DNA of 64,000 nt from Candidatus Woesearchaeota archaeon (GTDB lineage: Archaea; Nanobdellota; Nanobdellia; Pacearchaeales; GW2011-AR1). The translations under genes were made by a program, and so were the position numbers. The DNA is taken from contig CAYLOQ010000002.1 of assembly GCA_964385425.1 (NCBI GenBank), forward strand, positions 12,714 to 76,713, given 5' to 3'. The notes beneath the pieces were generated by a model. The model was not told the origin of the DNA. It searched no databases and worked only from the letters and a program-made list of their open reading frames with translations. Position 1 is the stretch's first letter. Every line of letters begins with the position of its first letter. Of this stretch, positions 1-9,479 are shown piece by piece.

Positions 1-210
1 AGGATGCAATGGTTTAAATTGTAAATATTTAAAACCTGAGTTCTCAAAGAAAAACTGCTCTCCTGTATCTCTTTTAAACAATTGAATAATCTTTACCTTT
101 AACCCCCTTCCTAAAGCCCTAACTAGTAACCCCATTCCTGTAGAAGTTTTTCCTTTTCCTTCTCCAGTGTATACGTGCACCAGACCAAGACCCCTCTGTT
201 CTTCTTTCAT
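1..210 (-). CDS. cobO: cob(I)alamin adenosyltransferase (CobO/BtuR), N-terminal part; runs off the window edge
   Basis: Manual translation MKEEQRGLGLVHVYTGEGKGKTSTGMGLLVRALGRGLKVKIIQLFK contains the family YTGxGKGKT P-loop; start overlaps the MazG-like stop (ATGA). Confidence 0.9.
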   Translation of the reverse strand, partial: MKEEQRGLGLVHVYTGEGKGKTSTGMGLLVRALGRGLKVKIIQLFKRDTGEQFFFENSGFKYLQFKPLHP

Positions 211-554
211 TTTGTAATATTATCCTCGGAATTTTTATGATCGTACTTATCAAGAATTTCTTTCCCAACAAGATTAAAGGCTTCTTCAATGTCTACATTT
301 AATTGATTTGCAAGCCTACATAAACCGAAAAATAAATCTCCAACACCATCAATAAAAATATCTTTATTTTCTTCAACAAATTTTATTCTTTCTTCTTCTG
401 ATTTATATCTTAAGTGCTGAGACATTTCAATTAATTCTTCGTGCAAATGGTCAAACTTATCCACATTTGGGACATCCTTCCAGTTATTCCTCTCAGAAAA
501 AATTTTTACTAATTGCTGGGCTTCCTTCATGCCAGTTATACGTTTATCTTCCAT
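207..554 (-). CDS. MazG-like nucleotide pyrophosphohydrolase
   Basis: HLHEELIE and DGVGDLFFGLCRLAN helical acidic motifs; directly downstream of ribonucleotide reductase. Confidence 0.75.
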   Translation of the reverse strand: MEDKRITGMKEAQQLVKIFSERNNWKDVPNVDKFDHLHEELIEMSQHLRYKSEEERIKFVEENKDIFIDGVGDLFFGLCRLANQLNVDIEEAFNLVGKEILDKYDHKNSEDNITK

Positions 555-599
555 AATAACCCTCTATTAGAAGTGGTTTATATAATTATTTATCCTCAA

Positions 600-3077
600 C
601 TAACACTTTGAATAACCACAATCAAAACAAGTTGGTTCAAAACATCCAGAAACCATACTCACATTGGCACTAAAGCATTTAGGACAGGAAATTTTGAAAT
701 CATTTTGTTTTTCTTCAATCACCTGGTTATTTATCTTTCCGTTATTCTGGGGATCATTTGGTTTTAATCTACCTAGTTTAATTAAACTTTTTCTTAGTGC
801 TGTTGAAAGTGCATGGGGTATGGAATCTATCCTATTTTTTCCAAACCCGTATGGTTTTTCGGATTTTACAGAATTCAGATGCTTGAGAATTTTTACGGGA
901 TCTCCCCCCAACTCGAAATATTTTGAGAGCACTATTGCCAGTGCATTTGACAACCCTGAAATCTCTGTTCCACAAGGTGTTTTGTTCGCAAAGATTTTTG
1001 AGACGCCCTCCTCATCATAGTTTACATGAATGTGGATCGGTCCATGTCCTGTCTCAATCTGATAATAATCTGAAAATTCTTCGAGCTTCCCCTTTTCTTT
1101 TTTTTCTGTTTTTTTATCATTGATATTCAAAACCTGGAATTTTTTAGAACCATCCCGATAAATAGTAACTCCTTTTGCCCCATGTTTGTAAGCAAGCAGG
1201 TAAACTTCATTAACATCCTGAACAGTTGCATCGTTTTTTAAATTGACTGTTTTTGATACGGCATTGTCTGTATACTTTTGGAAAGCACATTGCATCATGA
1301 CGTGATCTCTAGGGCTTAGATCATGAGATGTTAAAAATAAATGTTGTATTTCTTCTGGAATTTCTTTAATCCCTTTAAGTGATTTATGATTATTGTTTAT
1401 TTTCGTATATAGTTCTTCTTGCCCTAAACCAAAATAATCATTTTCTTTAGAAATTTTTTCAAATAACGGATTAACCTCAAAGAAAACATCTTTTTCCATC
1501 GGTTTTTCCCCTTTTTTTAGAGCGTCAATTCCCTGGGCATTATATCTTGTATAAACTATAGCAAAAAAAGGCTCTATTCCAGCACCCTGTAATCCAGCAG
1601 TAATCCCTATAGTCCCTGTGGGGGCAATGGTGGTTCTTGCAGAATGTCGTGGATAAAATTCCTGTTCTCTAAAATAAGGCCCCTCCTTGTCATAAATAGA
1701 ATTTTTCCAAGCAGGAAAGATACCCCTCTTCTCCGCTAATTCTTCCGAAGCTCTCATACAGGAAACATTAATGAACTGCATAACTTCTTCTGCTTTTTCC
1801 AATGCTTCTTTAGAATTATACGGGACCCCCATCATAACCAAAGATTCTGCCCACCCCATAACACCCAAACCAATCCTCCTGGTTTTCTTAGCCACCCTCT
1901 CTATTTCTGGTATTGGGTAATTATTGATATCAATAACATTATCTAGGAAATGTGTGCAGGCAAATACACATTTTTTTAAAGCTTCATAATCAAAATCAGA
2001 ATTATCTTCTTTTATAAATTTTGAAAGGTTAATTGAACCTAAATTACAGGGTTCGTATGGAAGTAAGGGTTGTTCTCCACAAGGGTTTGTCGCTTCTATC
2101 TGTCCTAAATTAGGGGTTGCGTTACTTCCTGTATTATTTATTCTGTCAATAAAGATTATCCCTGGATCCCCTGTTTCCCAAGCACCTTTCACTAATTTTT
2201 CCCACACTTCTTTTGCGTTTAATTTCCCAACTGCTTCACCATCCCTTGGATTTATAAGTTCATATTCCTCATTATTTCTTACAGCCCCCATAAATTTCTC
2301 ATCTACTGTTACAGACACATTAAAATTCTCCATAACACCCTGAGTTTTTTTCATTTCTATAAATTCTAGAATGTTTGGGTGTGTGTAATGAAGAATACCC
2401 ATGTTGGCCCCTCTTCTAGTCCCTCCTTGTTTAACAACTTCCGTGGATTTATCAAATATCTGCATAAATGTAACAGGTCCTGAAGAGACGCCTGTTGTTG
2501 ATTTTACAAGATCCCCTGTAGGTCTTAATCTTGAAAAAGAAAACCCTGTTCCACCACCACTCTGATGTATTAAAGCCATATTTTTGACAGAAGAATAAAT
2601 GTCTTCAATAGAATCTTCAACAGGTAAAACATAACACGCACTCAATTGCTGTAAATCTCTTCCGGCATTCATTAGGGTTGGAGAATTTGGAAGAAACTTG
2701 AAATTGGAAAGCAGTTCATAGAATTTTTCTTCAGTTTCAGAAATTATCTCCGGATTTTTTCTATTAATTTTCTCTAGATTTTCAAGGAATTTTCTGAAAT
2801 TCCTATATCTAAAATCAGGACTTTTAAAATCCCCATGGAGTAAAAATAGATTAACCATTCTTTTTCTAGACTCATATGGAACTCTTTCGTAATCCACCCC
2901 TTCAAAAATGTCAGATTCTGATACTTTTTCAGAATGCAAAATATTAGAAAGCGCAATATTATGACAAATATTTCTCAACCATTCTTCTATAGTTGGAGAC
3001 CCCTTCAAATATTTGTCTTTTATGACCTTCAGTTGATTTTCAGTTAAATCTAATTTTGTTAATTGCTTTAGTTCCAT
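600..3077 (-). CDS. nrdJ: Class II (adenosylcobalamin-dependent) ribonucleotide reductase with C-terminal TSCPD-like and Zn-ribbon region
   Basis: PNSPTLMNAG, LSAC, GGGTG, RRGANM, TNPCGEQPL and TIAPTGT motifs; terminal CxxC...CxxC; cobO in the same operon. Confidence 0.95.
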   Translation of the reverse strand: MELKQLTKLDLTENQLKVIKDKYLKGSPTIEEWLRNICHNIALSNILHSEKVSESDIFEGVDYERVPYESRKRMVNLFLLHGDFKSPDFRYRNFRKFLENLEKINRKNPEIISETEEKFYELLSNFKFLPNSPTLMNAGRDLQQLSACYVLPVEDSIEDIYSSVKNMALIHQSGGGTGFSFSRLRPTGDLVKSTTGVSSGPVTFMQIFDKSTEVVKQGGTRRGANMGILHYTHPNILEFIEMKKTQGVMENFNVSVTVDEKFMGAVRNNEEYELINPRDGEAVGKLNAKEVWEKLVKGAWETGDPGIIFIDRINNTGSNATPNLGQIEATNPCGEQPLLPYEPCNLGSINLSKFIKEDNSDFDYEALKKCVFACTHFLDNVIDINNYPIPEIERVAKKTRRIGLGVMGWAESLVMMGVPYNSKEALEKAEEVMQFINVSCMRASEELAEKRGIFPAWKNSIYDKEGPYFREQEFYPRHSARTTIAPTGTIGITAGLQGAGIEPFFAIVYTRYNAQGIDALKKGEKPMEKDVFFEVNPLFEKISKENDYFGLGQEELYTKINNNHKSLKGIKEIPEEIQHLFLTSHDLSPRDHVMMQCAFQKYTDNAVSKTVNLKNDATVQDVNEVYLLAYKHGAKGVTIYRDGSKKFQVLNINDKKTEKKEKGKLEEFSDYYQIETGHGPIHIHVNYDEEGVSKIFANKTPCGTEISGLSNALAIVLSKYFELGGDPVKILKHLNSVKSEKPYGFGKNRIDSIPHALSTALRKSLIKLGRLKPNDPQNNGKINNQVIEEKQNDFKISCPKCFSANVSMVSGCFEPTCFDCGYSKC

Positions 3078-3512
3078 TTACAAATCCTTTAACTCATTTT
3101 TAAAATCTTTGATGTCTTGAAAATCTCTATAGACAGAAGCAAATCTTATGTAGGCAACATTGTCGAGTTTTTTTATTTTCTTCATAACTAATTCACCAAT
3201 TGTAGAACTCCTAATCTCCTTTTTTCCCTTTCTTCTCAATTGCTCTTCAATTTCATTTATCATCTTCTCTATTTTTTCTTTTGATATGGGCCTTTTTTCA
3301 AAAGCTTTCTCAAAACCCTTTTCTAATTTTTCCCTGTTAAACTTTTCCCTGCTCCCATCTTTTTTTATGACATACAGGTCACTCTTGCTTATTTTTTCGT
3401 AAGTCGTAAACCTCTTTTTACAATTTAAGCACTCTCTCCGCCTCCTTATTCCCTCAGGAGATTTTCTCTTGTCGGTTACTTTTGAAGCACCAATACAGTA
3501 CGGACATTCCAT
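3078..3512 (-). CDS. nrdR: Transcriptional repressor NrdR
   Basis: CPYC...IRRRRECLNC..RFTTYE Zn ribbon, ATP cone VIKKDGSRE, VAYIRFASVY. Confidence 0.97.
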   Translation of the reverse strand: MECPYCIGASKVTDKRKSPEGIRRRRECLNCKKRFTTYEKISKSDLYVIKKDGSREKFNREKLEKGFEKAFEKRPISKEKIEKMINEIEEQLRRKGKKEIRSSTIGELVMKKIKKLDNVAYIRFASVYRDFQDIKDFKNELKDL

Positions 3513-3517
3513 ATAAA

Positions 3518-3564
3518 CTACAACATGTTGTACTTTAAATATGTTTGGATTCTATAAGTTGTAT
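3518..3564. promoter_or_regulatory. Two NrdR-box-like operators (3518-3533, 3549-3564) flanking a TATA box (3534-3541)
   Basis: ctaCaAcATgTtGtac (perfect 14-bp palindrome core) and attCtAtAagTtGtat resemble the consensus acaCwAtATaTwGtgt; starts are 31 bp apart. Confidence 0.75.
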
Positions 3565-3646
3565 AATTATAGATTTAAAACTAAAGAGTATTTAAAGCTT
3601 TCTTTATACTCCAGCGGGATGACACGAGGGATTTTTAAAAACTTCC

Positions 3647-4048
3647 TCATAAAAAAACCACATTCAGAAATATCAGAAGGGTTATGAAAGAAGAAATCAG
3701 ACAATAGAAACAATAATTCTTTAAGATTTTTGCCTGGACAAAGACTAAAAAACCAGAGAACAAGACCGCTATTCCAGAGCCAATTATTAAAATTGTTTTA
3801 ACTATCCCATCTGAATCAAAAAATAATAAAATTGCTCCAATAATAATTCCTATGTAAAATAACAAGCCAAGAATGTCGTTTCTTATAAAAAAAGTTTTAT
3901 TCCATTTACTTTCTAATACAACATTACAATCATCTCCAATAGGACACACCATTGGCTGTTTTCTGCTGTTCTTCCAGATTAAGTATGCTGTATCTACCAT
4001 CCCCAATACACCTAATACAATTAATGTAGCAATGAATTGAACTTCCAT
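3647..4048 (-). CDS. Vitamin K epoxide reductase (VKOR) family membrane protein
   Basis: Four hydrophobic helices, C-x5-C..VL.S.W loop and CFYC redox motif. Confidence 0.9.
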   Translation of the reverse strand: MEVQFIATLIVLGVLGMVDTAYLIWKNSRKQPMVCPIGDDCNVVLESKWNKTFFIRNDILGLLFYIGIIIGAILLFFDSDGIVKTILIIGSGIAVLFSGFLVFVQAKILKNYCFYCLISSFITLLIFLNVVFL

Positions 4049-4049
4049 C

Positions 4050-4418
4050 TTATTTCTCCTTGCGGGAAAGTATAGCTAGAGCAATTGCCATAAATAAAAT
4101 AGCAATGTCTCTAAATACAATATCGAATAAAAACATGTTTGCCATTACAATAACAACCATGGTCAATGCAGAAAGAATAGAGGCCTGGAATATTTTTTTA
4201 TTAGACAATAGCCAGGCACCGAGAGCAATTTCGTAAATGGAAAACAAGATAAGAAATATTGATGCTGGAAATATATCTATTATAAAGCCAGGGACAAACC
4301 CTATCCAGTTTTCTGGAGCCAAAAGAGAAGCAATTCCGGAATAGAGAAAAACAATTGTAAGACCAGATCTCAAGAAAAAAGAAATAAGGGATTCACGCTT
4401 AAATTTCTCCTTAACCAT
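4050..4418 (-). CDS. DoxX family membrane protein
   Basis: LRxGLxxVFLYSG, E(I)ALGxxLL and RDIAIL motifs; ATG at 4418 chosen as start. Confidence 0.75.
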   Translation of the reverse strand: MVKEKFKRESLISFFLRSGLTIVFLYSGIASLLAPENWIGFVPGFIIDIFPASIFLILFSIYEIALGAWLLSNKKIFQASILSALTMVVIVMANMFLFDIVFRDIAILFMAIALAILSRKEK

Positions 4419-4419
4419 C

Positions 4420-4905
4420 TTAATTAACAACTATTGTTCCTGTCAAAGAAGATCTTAAGTGATCGTGATATCCCCAGCTCCCCTTTTCATTAAAGGTAAA
4501 AGAATATGATCCTCCGGCCCTAACACCGCTACACGCATCAAAAGTACTCCCTTCATCAGAACCTCCACACTTGTTTATCGAAGATCCAGGGTATACTGTA
4601 TGGGTTGGGTGAACAGCTGATGCTGGCCAATGACTTCTAGAATCTAGGTTAGTCCACATAACCGTATCACCAGAGTTTATTTCCATGGTTCTTGGTGAAA
4701 ATCCAGAAGAAGTTATCTCTACAGTTACTGTTTTACTCGTCGGTTCATTAACACCTTCCTCAACACCAATAGTAATGCTCGGCTGTTGCTCTTCTGGTTC
4801 TTGACCTGTTTGAGCTTCCTGGTTCCCAGAAAACACGAATATAAAGATACCTATTATAACAACCAATGCAACAACAATAAGTCCCACAATACCGCCTGTT
4901 TTCAT
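4420..4905 (-). CDS. Membrane-anchored cupredoxin/plastocyanin-like protein
   Basis: N-terminal TM helix; GFSP..(M)EINSGDTVMW.N and YSFTF...G.WGYHDHL...TGTIVV. Confidence 0.8.
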   Translation of the reverse strand: MKTGGIVGLIVVALVVIIGIFIFVFSGNQEAQTGQEPEEQQPSITIGVEEGVNEPTSKTVTVEITSSGFSPRTMEINSGDTVMWTNLDSRSHWPASAVHPTHTVYPGSSINKCGGSDEGSTFDACSGVRAGGSYSFTFNEKGSWGYHDHLRSSLTGTIVVN

Positions 4906-5000
4906 ATGAAACCTAAGAATATGTGATTTATAAAATTTTCTTCAGACAGTTAAATTAATAAATATCTATTTTTTCTCTACTAAACGTTTTCTAGATTAAA

Positions 5001-5069
5001 ATGACTAAAATAGTAATGGCTAAGGAAAGGAAAGCTTCTGAAATAAAGAAGGTATTGCACCCTTTGTAA
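5001..5069 (+). pseudogene. Orphaned 5' fragment of an lhr helicase gene (22 codons)
   Basis: Translates MTKIVMAKERKASEIKKVLHPL*, aligning with the Lhr N-terminus MTRIKFIQKPNSNKEIHSVLHPI at 6107. Confidence 0.7.
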
Positions 5070-5124
5070 AAGATTATATATACACATACTAAAAGTATTT
5101 AAAGGTATGGTGTATAAATCTTAT

Positions 5125-6120
5125 ATGTTTTATAATAATTTATCCAAAAAGAAAATTATGAAGATATATTCTTTTGTTATAAATAAAAGAAAAAAAGAAG
5201 GTTTTGGACAGAGGAAATTATCTCGGTTGGTTAATAAGAAACTTGGTACTAACATTCATGAAAACACAATTGCTAACTGGATTTATCTTGGAAAAGTTCC
5301 GTTTGGAAATGAAAAAACACAATTCAAACCATTACCAAAACCAACGAAAGAAGAACTTTACAAACCATATATTGAAGAAAAACAGAGTGCCCAAAAAATT
5401 TCTAAAAAATATAAAGTTTCAACTATTGTGGTTATTAATTGGATAAAAAATTATAATATTCCAATAAGAACACATAAAGAATCTATGAATACCTTCACCG
5501 TTAAAGAGATTTTGAGAAATAAAAAATTAAAACAACCAAAGAAGTCTTTTATTAAATTATCTCCAGCGAAGGCATATATTTTAGGTGTTTTATGTGGAGA
5601 TGGTCATATTAACAAGAAAAGTGTTAGGTTTGAAATAAGAAAGGACAAGGAATTTATTGAAAAATTTTCAAGCTGTTTTAAAGAAGTTTATGGTATTAAA
5701 TATAAACATTATTATTATGCTAAGAGAGATACTTATATTTTATATGTTTCCTCCCAAATAATTTGTAGAGATTTATTAAATTATGGTGATTTTGGAACTT
5801 TTGTCTGGAAAGTTCCTAAGGGAGTTTTGAATAGTAAAAGTGATAAAATTATTTCCAATTTCTTAAAAGGATTTTATGATAGCGAGGGATCTGCCAGTAG
5901 ATACTGTGTTAGTGTTTCTTCATCAAATAAAGTTGGAATAAAGGACATAAGTTTGTTATTATTTAAATTTGGGATTAAAAATAAAATTATACTTACTAAA
6001 AAAAATCATTATGTGATTAACATTACTGGAAGAGAAAGACTTAAAACGTTTAGAGATGGGATAGGTTTTACCATTAAAAGAAAAATGAAGAATATTTATA
6101 TCAAAAATGACACGGATTAA
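5125..6120 (+). CDS. Free-standing LAGLIDADG homing endonuclease with N-terminal HTH regions
   Basis: Two motifs, AYILGVLCGDG and FLKGFYDSEG; no intein splicing residues; ATG 5125 is 29 nt from the TATA at 5096 (ORF track start is 5107). Confidence 0.9.
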   Translation: MFYNNLSKKKIMKIYSFVINKRKKEGFGQRKLSRLVNKKLGTNIHENTIANWIYLGKVPFGNEKTQFKPLPKPTKEELYKPYIEEKQSAQKISKKYKVSTIVVINWIKNYNIPIRTHKESMNTFTVKEILRNKKLKQPKKSFIKLSPAKAYILGVLCGDGHINKKSVRFEIRKDKEFIEKFSSCFKEVYGIKYKHYYYAKRDTYILYVSSQIICRDLLNYGDFGTFVWKVPKGVLNSKSDKIISNFLKGFYDSEGSASRYCVSVSSSNKVGIKDISLLLFKFGIKNKIILTKKNHYVINITGRERLKTFRDGIGFTIKRKMKNIYIKNDTD

Positions 6121-8692
6121 ATTTATCCAAAAACCGAACTCTAATAAAGAAATCCATTCGGTTTTACATCCAATTGTTTCAGGTTGGTTTAAGAAGAAAT
6201 TCGGATCCTTTTCAGAATCCCAAAAATATTCCATAGTCCCAATCGAAAAAAGGAAAAATATACTTTTATCCTCTCCCACTGGAAGTGGTAAAACCTTATC
6301 AGCCTTTACTTCTATACTAAGTCACCTTATTGGGTTATCCGAGAAGGGAAAATTAGAGAACAAAATCTATGCAGTTTATACATCCCCATTAAAAGCATTA
6401 GCTGGAGATATTGAGGTTAATTTAATACAACCATTAAAAGAATTAGAAGAGTTGGCAGGTAAGAAATTTGGAATTAGAATCAGTTTAAGAACAGGAGATA
6501 CAACAACAGCAGAAAGAACCAAAATGCTAAAAAATCCACCACATATCTTTATAACAACTCCTGAATCTTTAGCTATAGTATTAACAAGTAAAAAATTCAT
6601 AGATCATCTGAGAGAAGTTGAATTTTGCATTGTTGATGAGATCCATTCTTTGGATAATAAACGAGGAACCTACCTGAGTCTTACGCTAGAAAGACTAAAC
6701 GAAGTCTCCTCTGTTTGGCCTGTGAAAATCGGGCTCAGCGCAACAATAGAACCAATGGAAGAAGTTGCAAAATACTTGGTTGGAATTTCAGAAGACAGAA
6801 CAGTAGAGCTAGCAAAAATTAATCTGAATAAAAAAATGGACATCCAGGTTCTAAGTCCTGTTAAAGATATTGTTGAGGATGAAGGATTACATTTGAAAAT
6901 GTACAATCTTATTTCAACCCTGATTCTACAACATAAGACAACCTTAATTTTTACAAATACACGGTCTGCAACAGAACGCGTTGTTAACTACCTAAAAGAG
7001 CGATTCCCAACAGAATATGGGGATGATAACATAGCTGCCCATCATTCTTCCCTTAGCAAGGATCATAGATTCGATATAGAAGAAAAACTTAGGGATGGGA
7101 AACTTAAGGTTGTTGTTTGCTCTACTAGTTTGGAACTGGGAATTGATATAGGATATATAGATCTTGTTTTAATGCTCGGATCCCCAAAATCCAGTTCAAG
7201 AGCATTACAAAGGTTGGGAAGAGCAGGTCATAAGCTCCATAATATTTCAAAGGGAAGATTTGTTATTTTAGACAGAGACGACCTTGTGGAATGTTCTGTT
7301 ATCCAAAAAGAAATGGTTGAAAGAAAAATAAACAAGATTAAGTTCCCGAAAAATTGCCTCGATGTTCTTGCACAGCAGATTTATGGTATGGCCATCTATA
7401 AAGTCTGGAAGGACAAAGAACTCTTAGAATTGATAAGAAAGAGTTATTGTTACCATTCTCTGCCAAAAAATGATTTCTTAGATATAATAAGCTACTTGTC
7501 TGGAGAATATGCATTGGAGAAAAATAACGTCTATGGAAAAATTTGGTATGATCCAGAGACCAAAGAAATAGGAAAAAGAGGAAAACTGGCCCGTGTCCTC
7601 TATCTGACTAACATAGGGACAATTCCGGAAGAATCTTTTGTAAAAGTAAAAATAGCCAGCACACAAGAAAATATTGGCGTGATTGACGAATCGTTTTTAT
7701 CAAGGATGAGGAAGGGGGATGTTTTTGTTCTTGGCGGAAGAAAATACCTTTATAGATATACTAGAGGAATGAACCTCTATGTCGCATCAGAAGTTTCTAG
7801 GAATCCGAACATCCCTTCTTGGTTTTCAGAGATGTTGCCTTTAAGTTTTGATTCTGCTTCGGAAATAAATACATTTAGAAAATTAATGAATAAAAAACTT
7901 GGCTCCAACGACCCAAAAAATCAAATTACAAAATTTATCATGTCTTACCTGTATGTCCCAGAAGCTACAGCAGAGGCTATTTATAATTATTTTCTGGAAC
8001 AACACTCTTTTTTAGAAATTCCTCATAAAAATAGCATAGTTGTAGAGAAATTTATTGATCAAGAAAAAAAATATTTAATCTTTCACACCCTCTACGGTCG
8101 CAGGGTAAACGATGTCTTATCAAGAGCACTGGGTTATATTATTGGAGATCTTGGAGGAAGAGATGTTGAACTGGGGATTTCAGATAACGGCTTCTACTTG
8201 TCAGGAGAAAACATGATGATTAAAAGAGCACTCAAAACTCTGAGGGAAAAGAATCTGGAAGATATATTAAAAGAATCGATAGAAAGAACAGATGTTTTAG
8301 CCCGCAGATTTAGGCATTGCGCAACAAGGGCTCTTATGATTTTAAGAAGCTATAAAGGAAGAAGAAAAACTGTTGGGAAGCAGCAGATGAAATCCCATTT
8401 TCTACTTGCTGCAGTTAGAAAAATAAGTAAAGAATTTCCAATATTAAGAGAAGCTAGGAGAGAAGTTTTAGAAGACTTAATGGATATTGAAAACTCAATG
8501 CTAGTTCTCCAGGATATAGAAAAAGGAAAGACAAAGATAAAAATATTAGAAACTAAGCTTCCTTCTCCATTTGCCCTAAATTTAATTTTGCAAGGACATT
8601 CAGATTTAATCAGGATCGAAGATAAGCAGGATTTTTTGAGAAGAATGCACAAGCTTCACATCCAAAACATATTTGAAAATGCAGGAGATTAA
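6107..8692 (+). CDS. lhr: Lhr-family ATP-dependent helicase (Lhr-core)
   Basis: SPTGSGKT, SPLKAL, DEIH, SAT, HHSSLS, SLELGIDIG, QRLGRAGH and PSWFSE motifs. Confidence 0.95.
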   Translation: MTRIKFIQKPNSNKEIHSVLHPIVSGWFKKKFGSFSESQKYSIVPIEKRKNILLSSPTGSGKTLSAFTSILSHLIGLSEKGKLENKIYAVYTSPLKALAGDIEVNLIQPLKELEELAGKKFGIRISLRTGDTTTAERTKMLKNPPHIFITTPESLAIVLTSKKFIDHLREVEFCIVDEIHSLDNKRGTYLSLTLERLNEVSSVWPVKIGLSATIEPMEEVAKYLVGISEDRTVELAKINLNKKMDIQVLSPVKDIVEDEGLHLKMYNLISTLILQHKTTLIFTNTRSATERVVNYLKERFPTEYGDDNIAAHHSSLSKDHRFDIEEKLRDGKLKVVVCSTSLELGIDIGYIDLVLMLGSPKSSSRALQRLGRAGHKLHNISKGRFVILDRDDLVECSVIQKEMVERKINKIKFPKNCLDVLAQQIYGMAIYKVWKDKELLELIRKSYCYHSLPKNDFLDIISYLSGEYALEKNNVYGKIWYDPETKEIGKRGKLARVLYLTNIGTIPEESFVKVKIASTQENIGVIDESFLSRMRKGDVFVLGGRKYLYRYTRGMNLYVASEVSRNPNIPSWFSEMLPLSFDSASEINTFRKLMNKKLGSNDPKNQITKFIMSYLYVPEATAEAIYNYFLEQHSFLEIPHKNSIVVEKFIDQEKKYLIFHTLYGRRVNDVLSRALGYIIGDLGGRDVELGISDNGFYLSGENMMIKRALKTLREKNLEDILKESIERTDVLARRFRHCATRALMILRSYKGRRKTVGKQQMKSHFLLAAVRKISKEFPILREARREVLEDLMDIENSMLVLQDIEKGKTKIKILETKLPSPFALNLILQGHSDLIRIEDKQDFLRRMHKLHIQNIFENAGD

Positions 8693-9413
8693 TTTTCAAT
8701 TCATAGACAAAACGGCATTTTTCCCTGAAAAAGGAATCCTCGTAATTGGAGATTTGCACATAGGTTATGATTACTCTTTGATTCAGTCAGGAATCTTGAT
8801 TCCAGAGAGACAGGTTAAAGAAATAATAGGGGACCTCAAGGTAACCTTCAGCAAAATAAAGAAAAAAGGATATGATCTTAAAAAAATAGTTTTTCTAGGA
8901 GATATAAAACATTCTTTTTCTTATGAGCCCAAAGAAAGAAACGAGTTTCACGAGGTTCTTGAGTTTCTTAGGGGGGTTTTGCCAGAAGAAAATATAATAC
9001 TAATAAAAGGGAACCACGATACAATTGATTACACTTTTGAAGGGTTAATGAAAGAATATTATCTAGAAGGAGACATGGCATTTCTTCATGGCAACAAATC
9101 ATTTCCAGAAATCTTCGACAAGAAAATAAAAATTATTGTTATGGGACATCTTCATCCTTCTATAATACTCGAAGAAAAACCAGGAGTTAAAAAAGAAGAT
9201 TTTAAGTGTTTTCTTCAAGGAAGGTATAAGAAAAAAACATTCTTGGTTGTTCCAAGTTTCCTTAATATAATTGAGGGTTCTAATGTAAATGAATATGCTT
9301 CGAGGGAAAATAATGACTTCTCCATAGTTCCCAAAAAAGCTCTTCTAAACTTTAACGCACATGTAATCGGAAAAGAGGATGTTTATGATTTTGGGAAGGT
9401 TAGAGATTTGTAA
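8679..9413 (+). CDS. Metallophosphoesterase (Lhr-associated MPE nuclease type)
   Basis: DLHIG, GD, GNHD, HG and GHLHP motifs; overlaps lhr. Confidence 0.9.
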   Translation: MQEINFQFIDKTAFFPEKGILVIGDLHIGYDYSLIQSGILIPERQVKEIIGDLKVTFSKIKKKGYDLKKIVFLGDIKHSFSYEPKERNEFHEVLEFLRGVLPEENIILIKGNHDTIDYTFEGLMKEYYLEGDMAFLHGNKSFPEIFDKKIKIIVMGHLHPSIILEEKPGVKKEDFKCFLQGRYKKKTFLVVPSFLNIIEGSNVNEYASRENNDFSIVPKKALLNFNAHVIGKEDVYDFGKVRDL

Positions 9414-9479
9414 AAATTTAAAATAGTAACATTTAATAATAAATAAATTCTTATATTTATGAAAGGGGGTGAATACTTA

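Noticed and set aside
5001..6180. Intein or spliced intron in lhr
   Set aside because: The endonuclease has its own start and stop, there are no Cys/His-Asn splice residues, and downstream lhr has a complete N-terminus of its own.
6107..6420. Genome-wide reassignment of UUA to Ser, suggested by the G73 tRNA(UAA)
   Set aside because: TTA encodes conserved Leu positions in Lhr motifs (GKTL = ACC TTA; PLKAL = CCA TTA AAA GCA TTA), so UUA is read as Leu.
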